64,000 nt of DNA from Owenia fusiformis (GCA_903813345.2 CAIIXF020000001.1:43152001-43216000); one strand, 5' to 3'; shown: positions 12,101 to 25,038, numbered from the stretch's first letter. Notes: generated by a model from the letters alone, not told the origin. Translations and numbers: made by a program.

Positions 12101-15100
12101 TCAAAAAGGTCTTTTTTCAACTTGCTTCAAATTGACTACATTTTTTTTTCAAAATCATCTACATGTTCTCAGAAATTCAAATCTGACTTTAGATTTGACA
12201 TTTGACCTTCAATGACCTTCTCAAGGTCAAAAAAGGTCAAAAAGGTCTTTTTTCAACTTGCTTCAAATTGACTAATTTTTTTTCAAAATCATCTACATGT
12301 TCTCAGAAATTCAAATCTGACTTTAGATTTGACATTTGACCTATAATGACCTTCTCAAGGTCAAAAAAGGTCAAAAAGGTCTGTTTTCAACTTGCTTCAA
12401 ATTGACCAAATGTTTTTTTTCAAAATCATCTACATCTTTTCAGAAGTTCAAATTTGACTTTACAAGTTCTCAGAAGTTCAAATCTGACTTTAGATTTGAC
12501 CTTTGACCTTCAATGACCTTCTCAAGGTCAAAAAGGTCTTTTTTCAACTTGCTTCAAATTGACTAATTTTTTTTCAAAATCATCTACATGTTCTCAGAAG
12601 TTCAAATCTGACTTTAGATTTGACATTTGACCTTCAATGACCTTTTCAAGGTCAAAAGGGTCTTTTTTCAACTTGCTTCAAATTTACCTATTTTTTTTTC
12701 AAAATCATCTACATGTTCTCAGAAGTTCAAATCTGACTTTACATTTGACATTTGACCTTCAATGACCTTCTCAATGTCAAAAAAAGTCAAAGAGGTATTT
12801 TTTCAACTTGCTTTAAATTGACCAAATTGTTTTAGGTGGTGACATTTTGTCATGTTAATGCCTTGTATATTTTTAAAATTCTGACAAAGGTTACAATTTT
12901 GCCAAAAAAGATAACCATAGACTTCATGTTCATAGACTTAAGTACATGTAACAAACATTTACATTTAATAGTTAATACACATTTTTCTATCTATTTGTTT
13001 TTCTGCCCAGGTATAATGTTGATGGAGGTTGGTTACAGTGAGGTGTATTTCTGTGTGAGACTATATGCCTTTGAGAGCTCCAGAATCCCTTGTGGCAGGA
13101 GTGTCAACCCACAGGTAAAATAGACACACTTACTCTTCAGCCTCCAATTTTGATCAATGAATGAGCATGTTATATATCTTTGGTCGATTTTGGTCATTTT
13201 ATGTAAGATTCGATTTGGCAGACACAATGAATTTAAATTGAGTTCAAATTATACAAAGTTAAGGAGGCTGTATCTAAATCTAAATGTGGAATATTGGTGC
13301 TATACCCTATGGATGTGAAGGTAGTCTGGAAGGTGAAGGCGAGGGACTAAAAAATCTTGGATATTACCCTTGTTAGTTGATACATATTACCGGTATCTAC
13401 ATATTTCAGTTGGCAATTCTTTTCACTGATGAATGTGACAGAATGAAGGACTTAGTGCATGTGCACTCATTTGCCTATGACTTCCACCTGCGATATATCC
13501 AGACGTACATAGCTGGGGGTCAGGGGGCAATGAAGACTGGCTACCACCTGAGGAACTTCCTACAAGATTTTGTGCAGCTCTACCCCTATCCTCCTAGCTT
13601 CTCTCGCAACTATATCAATGAAGGTAAGAAGACTTTGAATTGGTTAAGTTTTTGTGAGCAATCAAATGACATCATGGTAACATAGAAAGAAGGTGTTATT
13701 GAAAAGGAAATGGAATGTATTGCCCTGAAAGTGCAGTAGATTCATAGGATCCTGGCTTTGTGATTTCCCTCCAGGAATTCAACCCTCCTCTGATAAAGTT
13801 TCAAAATCATAATAGGATATAATACAGTAAAAGATTCCCAACTCAAAATTGCAAAATCATGCCAAATATCCTCCACACGAATTCTGGAAAAATTCTGGAA
13901 AGAGCACTGGCTTGAGAACCAATAAGAGTGTCGGACTTGTAAAAGTCCACCTAAATACAACTGAGAAATTCTGTCCACAATTTTTCAGCCACAATAACTA
14001 TAGAGAACACGAACAACCCCAGCCACCACTTGTACAACTACATGTTAAATCACTCGGATAAGCTCTTTAATATGAAGGCAATCAAGATGGTGCCTGTCTC
14101 TGACTCTGATGCTGATGGGGTGAGTTTGGAAAATGTCACTATCCTTGTAAATCTTTTTCGTTGTGTGTCTTAAATGTATTTGATAAATATGCGAGCATAA
14201 ATGATAAATACTTTCATTTACAAAAAAATTAAAATCATTTCCTATGATCATGTTCCATTTTCCAAGTATCCACTTTTCATTAGTCTTTGTGGTTAATTTG
14301 TTACTGATATTTTGATATGAAATGTTGCAATTATTTATTTATTGATGATTTATTTTAATATTTTGTCATTATTTCCTCATTAATAAATAATTCATATTAT
14401 AGGAGAGTGATTTTGCATTAGTGTGCCAGTCAGTGACAGAATCAGATGGTGAAGAGAGTGACGTAACCAAACCCAAATTAGTAGATCACAATGTAGGGCT
14501 TGTCATATCCCATAATGCACCTGGATTTATACAGCAGACGGAAGCTGAAAGGAACACATTGAAATTGCAGTATTTTATCATTTTGACGAGTCGCCGAGAA
14601 CATTTCCCAAAACTGACCTTAGAGAAGAAGTTAGGGATCTTCAAAAACCCTTTGAAAACCTTTTATGCAGGTACATGTATATTTCTGTTAATTAATCAAG
14701 ATTTATGGTTGTGAACTTATATTCGACGAGGACATAAAAGCTAAAAATATTTTTTGAGAATCTATTGGTAAATAGTTGATGATATTACTGTTGTACTATT
14801 TGAGAAAAAGGAAAATATTCATCATCTATGGATAAAAGCTGTACCTTTTAGTGTTTCATTCCACTTCAAATGTATGAATCTGAGTTTATACTATATGATT
14901 CATAGGTCCTACAAATGATGAGTCAATGTTCACCCCAGAAGATCTTCATGGTCCTCCAGTGACTCAACACATTGGAGTAAGACAGGAATCTGTCAACTAC
15001 CTGGGATTCTCTAACATGCACCAGACCCCCATATACACTGTGCTGATTCAGGAGACTGACAAAGCCAGGTAACACTTTACCACATTTTTATGTCCCCACC

Positions 15101-18100
15101 ACATAGTGTGGGGCCATATTGTCGGCCTAGGCGCGTCCGTCCGTCTGTCCGTCCGTCTGTCCGTCCGTCCGTCTGTCCGTCCGTACGTCCGAGAGTTTTC
15201 TCCAAAACCGCTACAGATATCACCTTCAAATTTTCAGGGATAACTTATGAGTGCATACAGATGTGGATGAAAAAAAATTAACTCGATACCTACTTCCTGT
15301 CGGCCATTTTGAAGTCAAATGCTAAAATCCTTGTCTGCAAACTTTAAGAAAAACGGCTTCACAGTTGCTTTTAAAACTTTAACATCTTGTTCAGCTCACT
15401 TCATTCTAGATCTGATTAGGTTTTGGACCTGTTAGCTCAGTCATGTCAGCCATTTTGAATGTCTTAAGAAAAGTTAGCGCACGATAATACTTTGTATCAT
15501 ATTGAATGGTGTTTTTGAGTTTTCATATTCTAACTATTTAGTAGCTTTATAAATAATTTCAGATGTACTTTGTTGTTAAAGCCTATGTTGTTGTTAACAG
15601 TATTTATATGTGATAATTTTGTAAAAAGAAATCAGCAAAAACTCATGATCACTTTTTTATTGTCAGCCATTTTGGATTTTTCCGTCCTAAAATCTTGTCT
15701 GTGGAGTCTTGTCTACGTGTTTTCAGGTGAACCGTTTGGTGGATCAATTCTTGATTTTCAGGGATGATTCTTAGTATAAAAATCTAGATCTGATTAGTTT
15801 TTTGGCATTCTGGGTAAATGTCAAGGCAGCCATTTTGGATTTTCCGTCCTAAAATCTTGTCTGTAAAGTCTTGTCTACGCGTTTTCAGGTGAACTGTTTA
15901 GTAGATCAATTTCAAATTTTCAGGGATGATCCTTAATATGAAAATGTACAACTGATTAGTTTTTTGGCATTCTGGGTAATTGTCAAGGCAGCCATTTTGG
16001 ATTTTCCGTCCTAAAATATTGTCTGTAAAGTCTTGTCTACGCATTTCCAGGTGAACAGTTCTGTAGATCAATTTCAAATTTTCAGGGATGATTCTTAGTA
16101 TGAAAATCTAGATCTGATTAGTATTTGGGCATTCTGGGTAAATGCCAAGGCAGCCATTTTGGATTTTCCGTCCTAAAATCTTGTCTGTAGAGTTTTGTCT
16201 ACGCATTTCCCGGTGAACCGTTTGGTAGATCAATTTCAAATTTTCAGGGATGATTCTTAATATGAAAATCTAGATCTGATCAGTTTTTTGGCATTCTGGA
16301 TAAATGTCAAGGCAGCCATTTTGGATTTTCTGTCTTAAAATCCTGCCCATAAAGTCTTGTCTATGCGTTTTTAGGTGAACCGTTTTGTAGATCAATTTCA
16401 AATTTTCAGGGATGATTCTTAGTATGAAAATCTAGATCTGATTAGTTTTTTGGCATTCTGGATAAATGCCAAGGCAGCCATTTTGGATTTCCGTCTTAAA
16501 TTCCTGCCCGTAAAGTCTTGTCTACGCATTTTTAGGTGAACCGTTTTGTAGATCAATTTCAAATTTTCAGGGATGATGTCTTAGTATGAAAATCTAGATC
16601 TGATTAGTTTTTTGGCATTCTAGGTAAATTTTAAGGTGGCCATTTTGGATTTTCCATCATCAAATTGTGTCGGTAAAGTCTTGTCTACTCATTTTTAGGA
16701 TAACCATTTGACAGGATCACCCATAGGTGGGGACATTTTGTACACATTTGTGTTCTTGTGTTTATTTATCACTTAGAATGACATGCACTTGACTATTTCT
16801 TGAAAAGATATTGTAAATGATTCTTTGAGTTTGATCATGTATTTCATATTTTGTCATGAAAAACTATTGAAAATCAGGAATCATAATTCATGATACTTTC
16901 GAAAATGACTTCCAGATAACTTGCAGTTTCATTTTAAATGGATGAATTTATCTTAGAGTATGGACACCAGTTCTATTGAAAACTTGCTAAAAAATGTTGG
17001 GCTATTTTATTTTTAGTAAGAAGATCCGTGAGATGGTGGATAGTGCTATTTCCCAATGTAGAAGGGACACTCTATGGCAACGTATGTTGCTAGGGGACCA
17101 GTTGGTAGATGATGGGAGGCGTAAGAAACGTAGCGAAACTGATGAAAGTCAAGACAGTGTAAGATAATTTTCCATACAATCTATAAATGGAAAATTTTCC
17201 ATTTAAGCTATATTATAATTTTGTATACTCAACAAAATGTTCCCATATTCCTCTCTTTTGTTCATCTCATTTTAATAGATCTTAATGTATTAATGAAGCA
17301 CAATTCAAATCAAATATTCATGTATATTATTGTTCAATTCAATTCAATATTCACATGTTTATGAGCAATATGTGACCCATCTGTCATCAACCAATCCTTG
17401 CCATTGTCATTATTATCCCATCGAACAAAGTTCGGAGGGATATAGGGAACGCCTCCGTACGTACGTCCGTCCGTCTGTCCGTCCGTCCGTCCGGGCAATA
17501 ACTCAAATACCGTTGGCCCGGTTTTGTTCATATTTTGTACACATATACCCTATGGGGGTAGAAGTTCTGCTCGAAAGCCGATTTTCAAAATGGCTGCTCA
17601 TTTCAAAATGGCGGCCATTTTAGTGCCGATTTTACAGTAATTTAGGTACAATATGTAAAACTGTAATAGCAATATGTTTTAAGTGTAAAAAAATTATAAA
17701 GGACATTAATAAAGCTACAAATGTAGATATTAAAAAAAGCACATGGCAGCCATCTTGAAAAATGGCGGCCTTTACTCGTTATTTTATGATTTTTGCTGTA
17801 ACTCGAAAAGTAGTGGAGCGATTTTGTTCATATTTGGTATGTGAATACTATAAGCATGGCACACTGTCCTGTGACACTTTTGGTAGAAGGCGGCCATTTT
17901 GAAAAAAAATTTGAAAAATGGCCGCCATTTTAACATATTTTACTATAACTCGAAAAGTAGTGGAGCGATTTTGTTCATATTTGGTATGTGAATACTATAA
18001 GCATGGCACACTGTCCTATGACACTTTTGGTAGAAGGCGGCCATTTTTCAAAATGGCCGCCATTTTAACGTATTTTACTATAACTCGAAAAGTAGGGAAG

Positions 18101-20618
18101 CAATTTTGTTCATATTTGGTATGTGAATACTATAAGCATGGCACACTGTCCTATGACACTTTTGGTAGAAGGCAGCCATTTTGAAAAATGGTCGCCATTT
18201 TAACGTATTTTACAATAACTCGAAAAGTAGTTCAGCGATTTTGTTCATATTTGGTATGTTTCATATTTTATATGTGAATACTATAAGCATGGCACATTGT
18301 CTAATGACACTTTGGGTAGTAGGCGGCCATTTTGAAAAATGACCACCATTTTTACGTTTTTACTATAACTTGAAAAGTAGTGAAGCGATTTTGTTCATAT
18401 TTGATATGTGAATACTCACGAGCCTTGCACACTGTCTCATGACACTTGGATAGTAGGCAGCCATTTTAAAAAATGGCTGTCATTTTTACATTTTTTACTT
18501 ATTTCACAAGTACATGTGTGCGATTTTTCAAAAATTTTATAGATGGCTACTTAAAGCATATTATTTCTTCTGATGACAACTTGGCTAACCATTTTGAAAA
18601 TGGTGGCCTTTCTGGTGTGTTGTTTTATGATATTTGCTATATATTTCGTTTGTAAAATGCCAGCCATTTCTGTTCGATGGGATTCGCTACGCTTTGGCGT
18701 TGACGTTGTTCTGGTTCTAATATATGCTACATGTCACTGTAACTTCCTATACTTTCCTATACTCTTGTAGGGTCTTACCAAGTTAACATTCATTGAATTC
18801 CAAGAGCTCATGCAAGTTGTTGAGAGGGAATCACTGAGGCAGATGGATCCACGATTGACCCCATTACACAATATGAGTCAGTCTTGGTACAAGGGCTTGG
18901 TCAGAGTCTTGATGAACAAATACTCTGAAACACACAGATACTTCGCTAGCCCTGATGGGAAAGTCCAGTGTGTGGTAAGAGATTTTAAAATAAGAACCTT
19001 TTGTGTATGTAGTGAATTCATTCTAATGGTTATTGTGATTTACAGTAGAGCCTTGGTGATTGTGGAATTCGCAGCCATCGTAACTCTAATGACAGTTAAA
19101 GATTTTGGAGTGAGAATTTTAAAAAAGATTTCAAAGAAAATCGTAAACAATTTATTGTGTATCCTTAGAATACAGTACTTATGTACATTGAAGTTGGCTG
19201 ATAGTAAATTATGATTTCTATTTGTCAGGTTACATATGATTTACTTGTTCAGTACAAATATTCAACTTTTTGAATGACCAACTTCTTGGACAAGTCACAA
19301 GAATTTCCAAGAATGTACAAATATATTTATTTGGTTATTGGAATGGTTGTTAATTTTGCGATATGATGTTGGAGTTCAACTTGTTTCAGGCTATTCTGAA
19401 CCCGAATTACTTGGACACATTTGCTATGTTGACAGTGGATTCCATCAACAATAAATCTGTGAGTATAATTAAAGCTAAAAATGTTATTGAAATATAACAA
19501 TGGAATATAATTTCTATAATCTTAAGATGTAAGGTACAAGTATGATGTACATTTAGACTAATTGTAAATGGCACCAATGGTTATTATCCCAACGAACTTC
19601 GTTCGTTAGGGATATAGTGAAGCCCTCCGTCCGTCCGTCCGTCAGTCCGTCAGTCCGTCAGTCAGTCCGTCCGTCTGTCCGGAAGATAACTCAAATACTA
19701 GTTGACAGATTTTCTTCATATTTAGTGGAAAGATGTATATTGGGGATTAGTTTTACGCAAAAAAATGATGGCCACCGCTTTAAAAATGACGGGACTTTTT
19801 CGTAAAAATCATAAATTTTTCATTCTAAACCAAAGTAATTAATATTATTGTTTGAAATTTTGGTAGTGTATTCACAACATTTATCTATTTCACATATATT
19901 CCGTGTTTTTCATCCTGACCCCCAGGGGCCATGTATGGGGGGACAGGAAAACAGAAATTTTCGCTAATTTTTAGATCTTTCTGAAGTATAGCTTTATTAT
20001 ACTCAAATGAAAGGCAATTAAGAGTAGATTGCAAATATTGTATCTTTTTTCTGATTCGAGCCTTGTAAAATTCAAAATGGCCGTCTAATGTACGATTTCG
20101 CAATAATTTTTCGATCCCTTCAAAGTATGGCTATATTATACTCAAATTGGAGTAGATCACAATTATGGTATTATTTTTCAGATTTGTACCTCAGAAAATT
20201 CAAAATGGCTGCTTTGCAGTAATTTGCAATTCTAAAATCTAATTTTTTCATTTTCAACCAAAGTAATGAGTATAATTGATTGGAATTCGGTAATTGATAT
20301 TTTGTTCGTTGGGATTTGCTACTCCGCGGAGTTGCCGTTATCTAGTTAATGACATGTTTATCCAACAGTCCAATTCTAAAATTGTTACACTAATTTATAT
20401 AACTTTACACAACAAAAGTCTGCTTCAAAAATCTGTCAAACAAAATAGCATAATTTATATTGATGGTCTCAATGTTTTAGGAACTTTGTGTTGTGTACAA
20501 GGAGCCCATCTTAGACAGCAGACTTCCAGCAAATAGTGGCAAACAGATCTACATGCAGAGCCATCTGGAAGGTTTCGTCAATGCCTGTTGCTTCCATATG
20601 TGGACTGGCTTGTTGTAG
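163..20618 (+). CDS. SZT2: KICSTOR complex protein SZT2, C-terminal ~1230 aa (5' part lies upstream of the window)
   Basis: 23 phase-consistent GT-AG exons: 163-333, 1289-1507, 1612-1757, 1939-2089, 2393-2589, 2750-2909, 3209-3384, 6238-6402, 7253-7349, 7644-7820, 9907-10076, 10348-10443, 10781-11004, 11212-11324, 13011-13114, 13410-13623, 13989-14119, 14403-14670, 14906-15068, 17017-17158, 18771-18974, 19390-19458, 20481-20618 (TAG). Peptides match SZT2 as I recall it: [74 protein letters not shown]-terminus [14 protein letters not shown]. Confidence 0.92.
704..886. repeat. ~40-bp minisatellite, ~4.5 copies
   Basis: GGATATTGTGACGATATACTCCGGGAAACCAATATGCGGA repeats (GATATTGTGA at 749, 788, 828, 868). 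Confidence 0.9.
2906..3046. repeat. Perfect 3 x 47-bp tandem repeat spanning an SZT2 splice donor
   Basis: AGATGTAAGTGAAAGTTACATTTGTTACACTTATCAGTACATGCAGG at 2906, 2953, 3000. Confidence 0.95.
3448..4696. mobile_element. Non-autonomous TTAA-specific DNA transposon, Kolobok-like
   Basis: TTAA-AGGGACCCAACACC ... GGTGTTGGGTCCCT-TTAA: perfect 14-bp TIR, TTAA TSD, RR...YY termini. Confidence 0.8.
5001..6215 (+). mobile_element. Helentron/HINE-like element (family A) with ~6 x 161-bp internal tandem repeat
   Basis: T-run, 5' subTIR ATCGTACCTA paired with nearby AGGTACGAT, GGCG-type microsatellite, ~161-bp repeats (CTTGTCTACAG at 5099, 5261, 5420, 5582, 5729, 5891, 6054), 3' subTIR TAGGTACGAT (6183-6192) plus short tail ending CCTTGTT; no TSD. 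Confidence 0.8.
6682..6917. repeat. 21-bp minisatellite, ~11 copies
   Basis: AATTGCCACGAGATTGTACCC variants; explains the overlapping ORFs at 6646-6963. Confidence 0.9.
8181..9889 (+). mobile_element. Helentron/HINE-like element (family B) with ~11 x 135-bp internal tandem repeat
   Basis: 5' ATGTCACCACCAAAAGTGGTGACAT hairpin, GGCGGTT/GGCGTCC microsatellite, TGACCT/AGGTCA-rich ~135-bp array, 3' GGTGGTGACAT-TTTGTCATGTTAATGCCTTGT. Confidence 0.85.
11410..12866 (+). mobile_element. Helentron/HINE-like element (family B), second long copy
   Basis: Ends essentially identical to 8181-9889; ~9 units of the same ~135-bp array in a different variant order. Confidence 0.85.
15085..16759 (+). mobile_element. 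Helentron/HINE-like element (family C) with ~6.5 x 162-bp internal tandem repeat
   Basis: 5' ATGTCCCCACC...GTGGGGCCAT, (GTCC/GTCT)n, repeats with GCCATTTTGGATTT every 162 bp (15667-16639), 3' GGTGGGGACAT plus ACACATTTGTGT hairpin. Confidence 0.85.
17410..18716 (+). mobile_element. Helentron/HINE-like element (family D) with ~135-150-bp internal repeats
   Basis: 5' ATCCCATCGAAC...GTTCGGAGGGAT, (GTCC)n, ~5 repeats beginning AACTCGAAAAGTAG, 3' GTTCGATGGGAT (18672-18683) plus hairpin tail ending CTGGTT. Confidence 0.82.
19581..20347 (+). mobile_element. Helentron/HINE-like element (family E, ends related to D)
   Basis: 5' ATCCCAACGAAC-TTC-GTTCGTTAGGGAT, (GTCC/GTCA)n, 3' GTTCGTTGGGAT plus ACTCCGCGGAGT palindrome, ending CTAGTT. 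Confidence 0.82.
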
Positions 20619-22414
20619 GAAGTCATTCTTGAGATATAAACATTTCAAGTCCATGTTTTTTGTGATTTCACATTGTATATCTGAGCACCATTCGAGTGAT
20701 TGAAAGGGTGTTTAAAAGGTATTACTATGAGGGGATATTGAGATATAACCTGAAGTTATGGTTGACAAGAAACGTAACATATGGAAACATATGGGAACAT
20801 AATGTACAACATTGATACAGAAAGAACTGTTGTAAATCATTATTATGGAACTGACAAAAAGATGATGGGTAGATATTTAAACATTTTAAGTGAGAGTTCA
20901 AAAATGGAACAGAGTTAGTAAAGCATAATATTCAAGAGTTATGTCAACTGGAGAACATGTATATGATAAAGTAATATGACATGTATATTGCAAATTGACT
21001 TTGTTCACAAAAGTGACACTTAGAGATGTGTCAGATGTTGCATATAAACAGTAGGTGTATAAGTGAGATATAACACAGTATGCTGTGTAACAAGTCATGG
21101 CAAATTCAAAAAATAAAAAGAATACAATCAATCGTACGGGTATTGTAAAATCATAAAGATGCAAAAAATGGACATTTGAGTGACTTGTTGGGTGATCATG
21201 AAGATAGAGATGAAATTTGGTCAGAATGGCTTTGCTGACTCAGTTGGTATTGTAACATTCAGTGGGCATATAGTAACATTTTATGGTAAAATGTTACTTA
21301 AAAGATATTTCATTTGAAATGTTGAAAAAGTGATATTAGTTTCATTGATGAAGCTTATCTTAAGTTTGATTAAGTTTTGATAAATGTAACCAAAATTGAC
21401 ACATTAACAGAAACTACCAAAGAACCTGCCATCTACTTGAGCCACCAAACACATTTCATTGTCAACCTCAAGGGTAGTGTGTATTATTCAAATCCAGTGT
21501 GCTGTATAAGTATATATTCTGTGTGACTTCAGCAATGTAAATACTGCACACCAATGTATTGGGCAACTAAGAAAACTGAATTGCATAAAATGCTAGCAAG
21601 TCAGATTGATCAGTTTGATAAAGTAACAAAAAGTAAAAATTATTTGGTCAAAGCAACTTAAGTTTGGCTTTCAGATTTTACTTAAGTATTTATTGTGAAT
21701 GAGTTATGGAAGCTGATCTGTGATATTTGGAGCGAAATACATCAATCTTCATGCACCATTTGTCATAATATAACCACCCCCTCCCACATGTGCAGGGTTT
21801 ATGGATTGAACGTTTTAGTTTCTTTAGGTGTCTTGGTCTGATAATGCCCAGATGCAAATTTCACATTTGTGACTCCTCACTGACCATTGAGATGAAATAG
21901 GGGATAATATTCCCTTATTGGTGGAGGGATGTTGTGGGGATGAAATTGGTCTTTGGACATATGGTTCATTACATATTCAGTCCTGCATCTGGGTATGATA
22001 ATCAACATTAGGACAACTTGGAGTCTAGGACATGTTAAATAAATTATTTTTAAATTGAGACTATACTGCACTTCAAATGTTGGGTAAATGTATATTACTT
22101 TGAGAAATGGCTGCAAGGAAACATTAGAAAATAAAACACATGTACTGTAAGATGGATTCATGATTAAGATCTCAAAGGACTTTCTTGTTTCTCAATTTTC
22201 AGGGTATATGAAAGAGAATATAAAAATATTTGTATCATATCTTTCTTAAATATGAAAGTAAATTATCATAAACTTAGTGATATATGTAGATGATAATGCT
22301 ACAAGTACTGTTTGATAAAATTTGAAAAGTATTTTTGCTAGGTTACGAACACTAAAAATAATTGTCATATAAATCATTTTCTGGTCCATGCAGTTTTAAA
22401 ACTTGTGTCTTATA

Positions 22415-22667
22415 CACTGCAGGATGAAACCAACTGGATTTGTGGAAATAAAATGGTCGAAAAAGTATTCAATATTGAAAACCTGTGATTTCAGGATAAG
22501 TAAAATCTTGATTCCAAATATTTCACCATACAAAATTCTGATTGTCGCAAGTTTGCATGGCTAAGTATTTGGAATCCAGATTTTGATTTAGATGAAATCT
22601 AAGATTTATCAATTTTTTGTCCACCCTTCAGGATGAGTCTAACTCCAGTTAGTTCCACCCTGCTGTG
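22415..22667. mobile_element. Decayed foldback element with CAC...GTG ends
   Basis: CACTGCAGGATGAAACCAACTGGA vs TCCAGTTAGTTCCACCCTGCTGTG; inner AAAATCTTGATTCCAAATA vs TATTTGGAATCCAGATTTT; no TSD visible. Confidence 0.5.
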
Positions 22668-22752
22668 AATCATTGTTTTTAAAACCCTCTAAAAAGGGAA
22701 TTGGATGAAGAATTATTTGAATTTGTTATTACACAAGTAATATGATACTTAT

Positions 22753-23509
22753 TAGGGAGTTTAAGATTAGCGTAAATAACCCATTTACCTATACCTATAC
22801 GTAGTTTGTTATTACACTAAGCGGTATTTTACCTAAGTTACAGGGTTTACGATACGTAATTACCTATAAATGGCCGAAGATAGGTAATTCGAAAACGTAT
22901 GTTTTTATCAAACAAATTGTGTCATTTCTAGATCAAATATCATCCATTAAACTTTAAAATAGTAACACCAAACATTTCTCATTCGATCTGCATAGAAATT
23001 AAGTGGTCGAACACATTCATTGATGCGATAAACGATGCCATGTGATGATGCATGAAATTGTTGAATTTACAAATTCTTCATCAGTTTTGCTTATTGTAAA
23101 TGTATGAAATCAGCCATTATATCGTGGTTTTAATTGTTTAACTTTACTATTTGGCCTCTCTCATTGCTGGATCATGCTAGAAATTTAACATTTCGGCTTA
23201 AGTCACTGCCCCATTAGCGGACCCTCAAGCATCACCCCCTCCCAACTACAGTAGCTACACCACACACCCTCTGAAGTATATAACAATTCTTGGAGGTGAC
23301 ATGTACTGGTATATGCTATATAAGCCATCGCATGGTTTTTATTCTATGATTAGGAGTTAATTTTATCATAAATTGTAGCATACGGTTTCGTAGCCTTTTA
23401 CGTTAATCTTAAACTCATTTTGCAATACGCATTACCTATACGTATCCGTAACAAACATATGGATAGGGATAGGTACACGTATATTTTTACGCTAATCTTA
23501 ACCTCCCTA
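22753..23509. mobile_element. MITE with ~23-bp TIRs, superfamily uncertain
   Basis: TAGGGAGTTTAAGATTAGCGTAAA ... TTTACGCTAATCTTAACCTCCCTA; a third TIR-like copy at about 23397-23416; subterminal TACCTATA/TATAGGTA-like repeats. Confidence 0.75.
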
Positions 23510-24926
23510 CTGTCTATATTTTACTTGCTCAGTGATAAAACAGTGCACTAAATAAAATATGACTCATGTTTTGTAATAAATAATATACTATTATCATTAT
23601 ACAGAAGGGGCACTGAACAATAAAAAGGAATCCAAAATCAAAACTTGAAATTGTGTTCAGTTATATATTACATGAGATAAATGTTACCATGGATATGGTG
23701 TGTCATGAATACTAAACAGACATCATCAACAGTGAGCATTTTGAGCCCCATGCCCCATGAAAATACCACAAAGTTTACTCGTACACATATCCACATTTCC
23801 TTACCCTCTAAACCACCCACCATTGTTTAAAATGCTTTTTGGAAGTGCAACTTTGACAAATGAAAAGTATTTCCTTGAATTACCTCAACATCTGATTAAT
23901 ACATGCTATTTTTTAGATTTTGAGCATTCCTACCATATTTCATCTGATGTATGACTAGACATGTGACTGATGATACTCATTAATCAAGCATGGAAGTTGA
24001 TACTTATACTATTTAATTTCCTGGCAAATATTTTAGTTGGATAACCTACCTAAGTATGAGATTAAGTTGCTTTGTATCACCCATCCACTATTTGATTAAT
24101 GGGATTATATGTGAATTAAGTGTTGAACAAGAGATAGCATGCTTATATGGCAGTACCAGTGAAGATTCTCAATATGATCATTCCAACTGACTCCCTTTCC
24201 TCAGATCATGATTAAGTACAATAAAACAAGTGTATGTGGACACCACATGTCACACATAGATTTTCCACTTAAGTGTTGCACTTATAGAAGCATCATAGAG
24301 CCATTTTTGAGCTGTTCTAAGTGACAGGTTTTACTGGTCTTTACTTAATCATTCCTCATTTTTTACAATTAGAATAACTGAGGCATTGTTTTTATGTACA
24401 TATATCGCATTTATTCAGTTACAGTATCATACAATAATATTAAGGTAACTAACATATTTCTAAAACTTCTTTCATTCTACAGCGAACATGCACTTGTACA
24501 TAAAATCCGCTTTAAAAGTATGTAGTTCTAATTGCACAAATTCTATAGATGAGTGCACATTGTGCAAGGAGAAAGACAACATTGAAAATAATTTTCAAAT
24601 GAGACATATACACTGCCATTCTGGATAACTATCAAACAGCAGTAATGTACAGTTCCAATTTAACAGACAATTGAGCACATGCTGTACAGGGTGTGTTTTA
24701 CTATGCAGCACTGTACTGTACTGTACTGTATTACATACCTAGCGAAGCATTTGTATGGAAGTCAATGGGAAAGTTAGCGAGCTATATCCACCGATATTGC
24801 CCGATTACCCCGATATAGCCCGCTTACCTCGTTTTGATATTAGATTTCTTTAATAACCATGATAATATCATGACGTCACGTCATTGATACAAAGTAACCA
24901 TGGCAACAAAGGCATGTAATACATCA

Positions 24927-25038
24927 GTTATGTCACTATGACGTGAAATATGCCTTCGTTCTTGCCCAAATATAGAGCCTCCCAAGGTCGGCCTATATTG
25001 GGAGAACTCAGGCATATTTCACGTCATAGTGACATAAC
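24927..25038. repeat. 112-bp hairpin (perfect 29-bp outer stem)
   Basis: GTTATGTCACTATGACGTGAAATATGCCT is the exact reverse complement of AGGCATATTTCACGTCATAGTGACATAAC; imperfect pairing continues inward. Confidence 0.85.
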
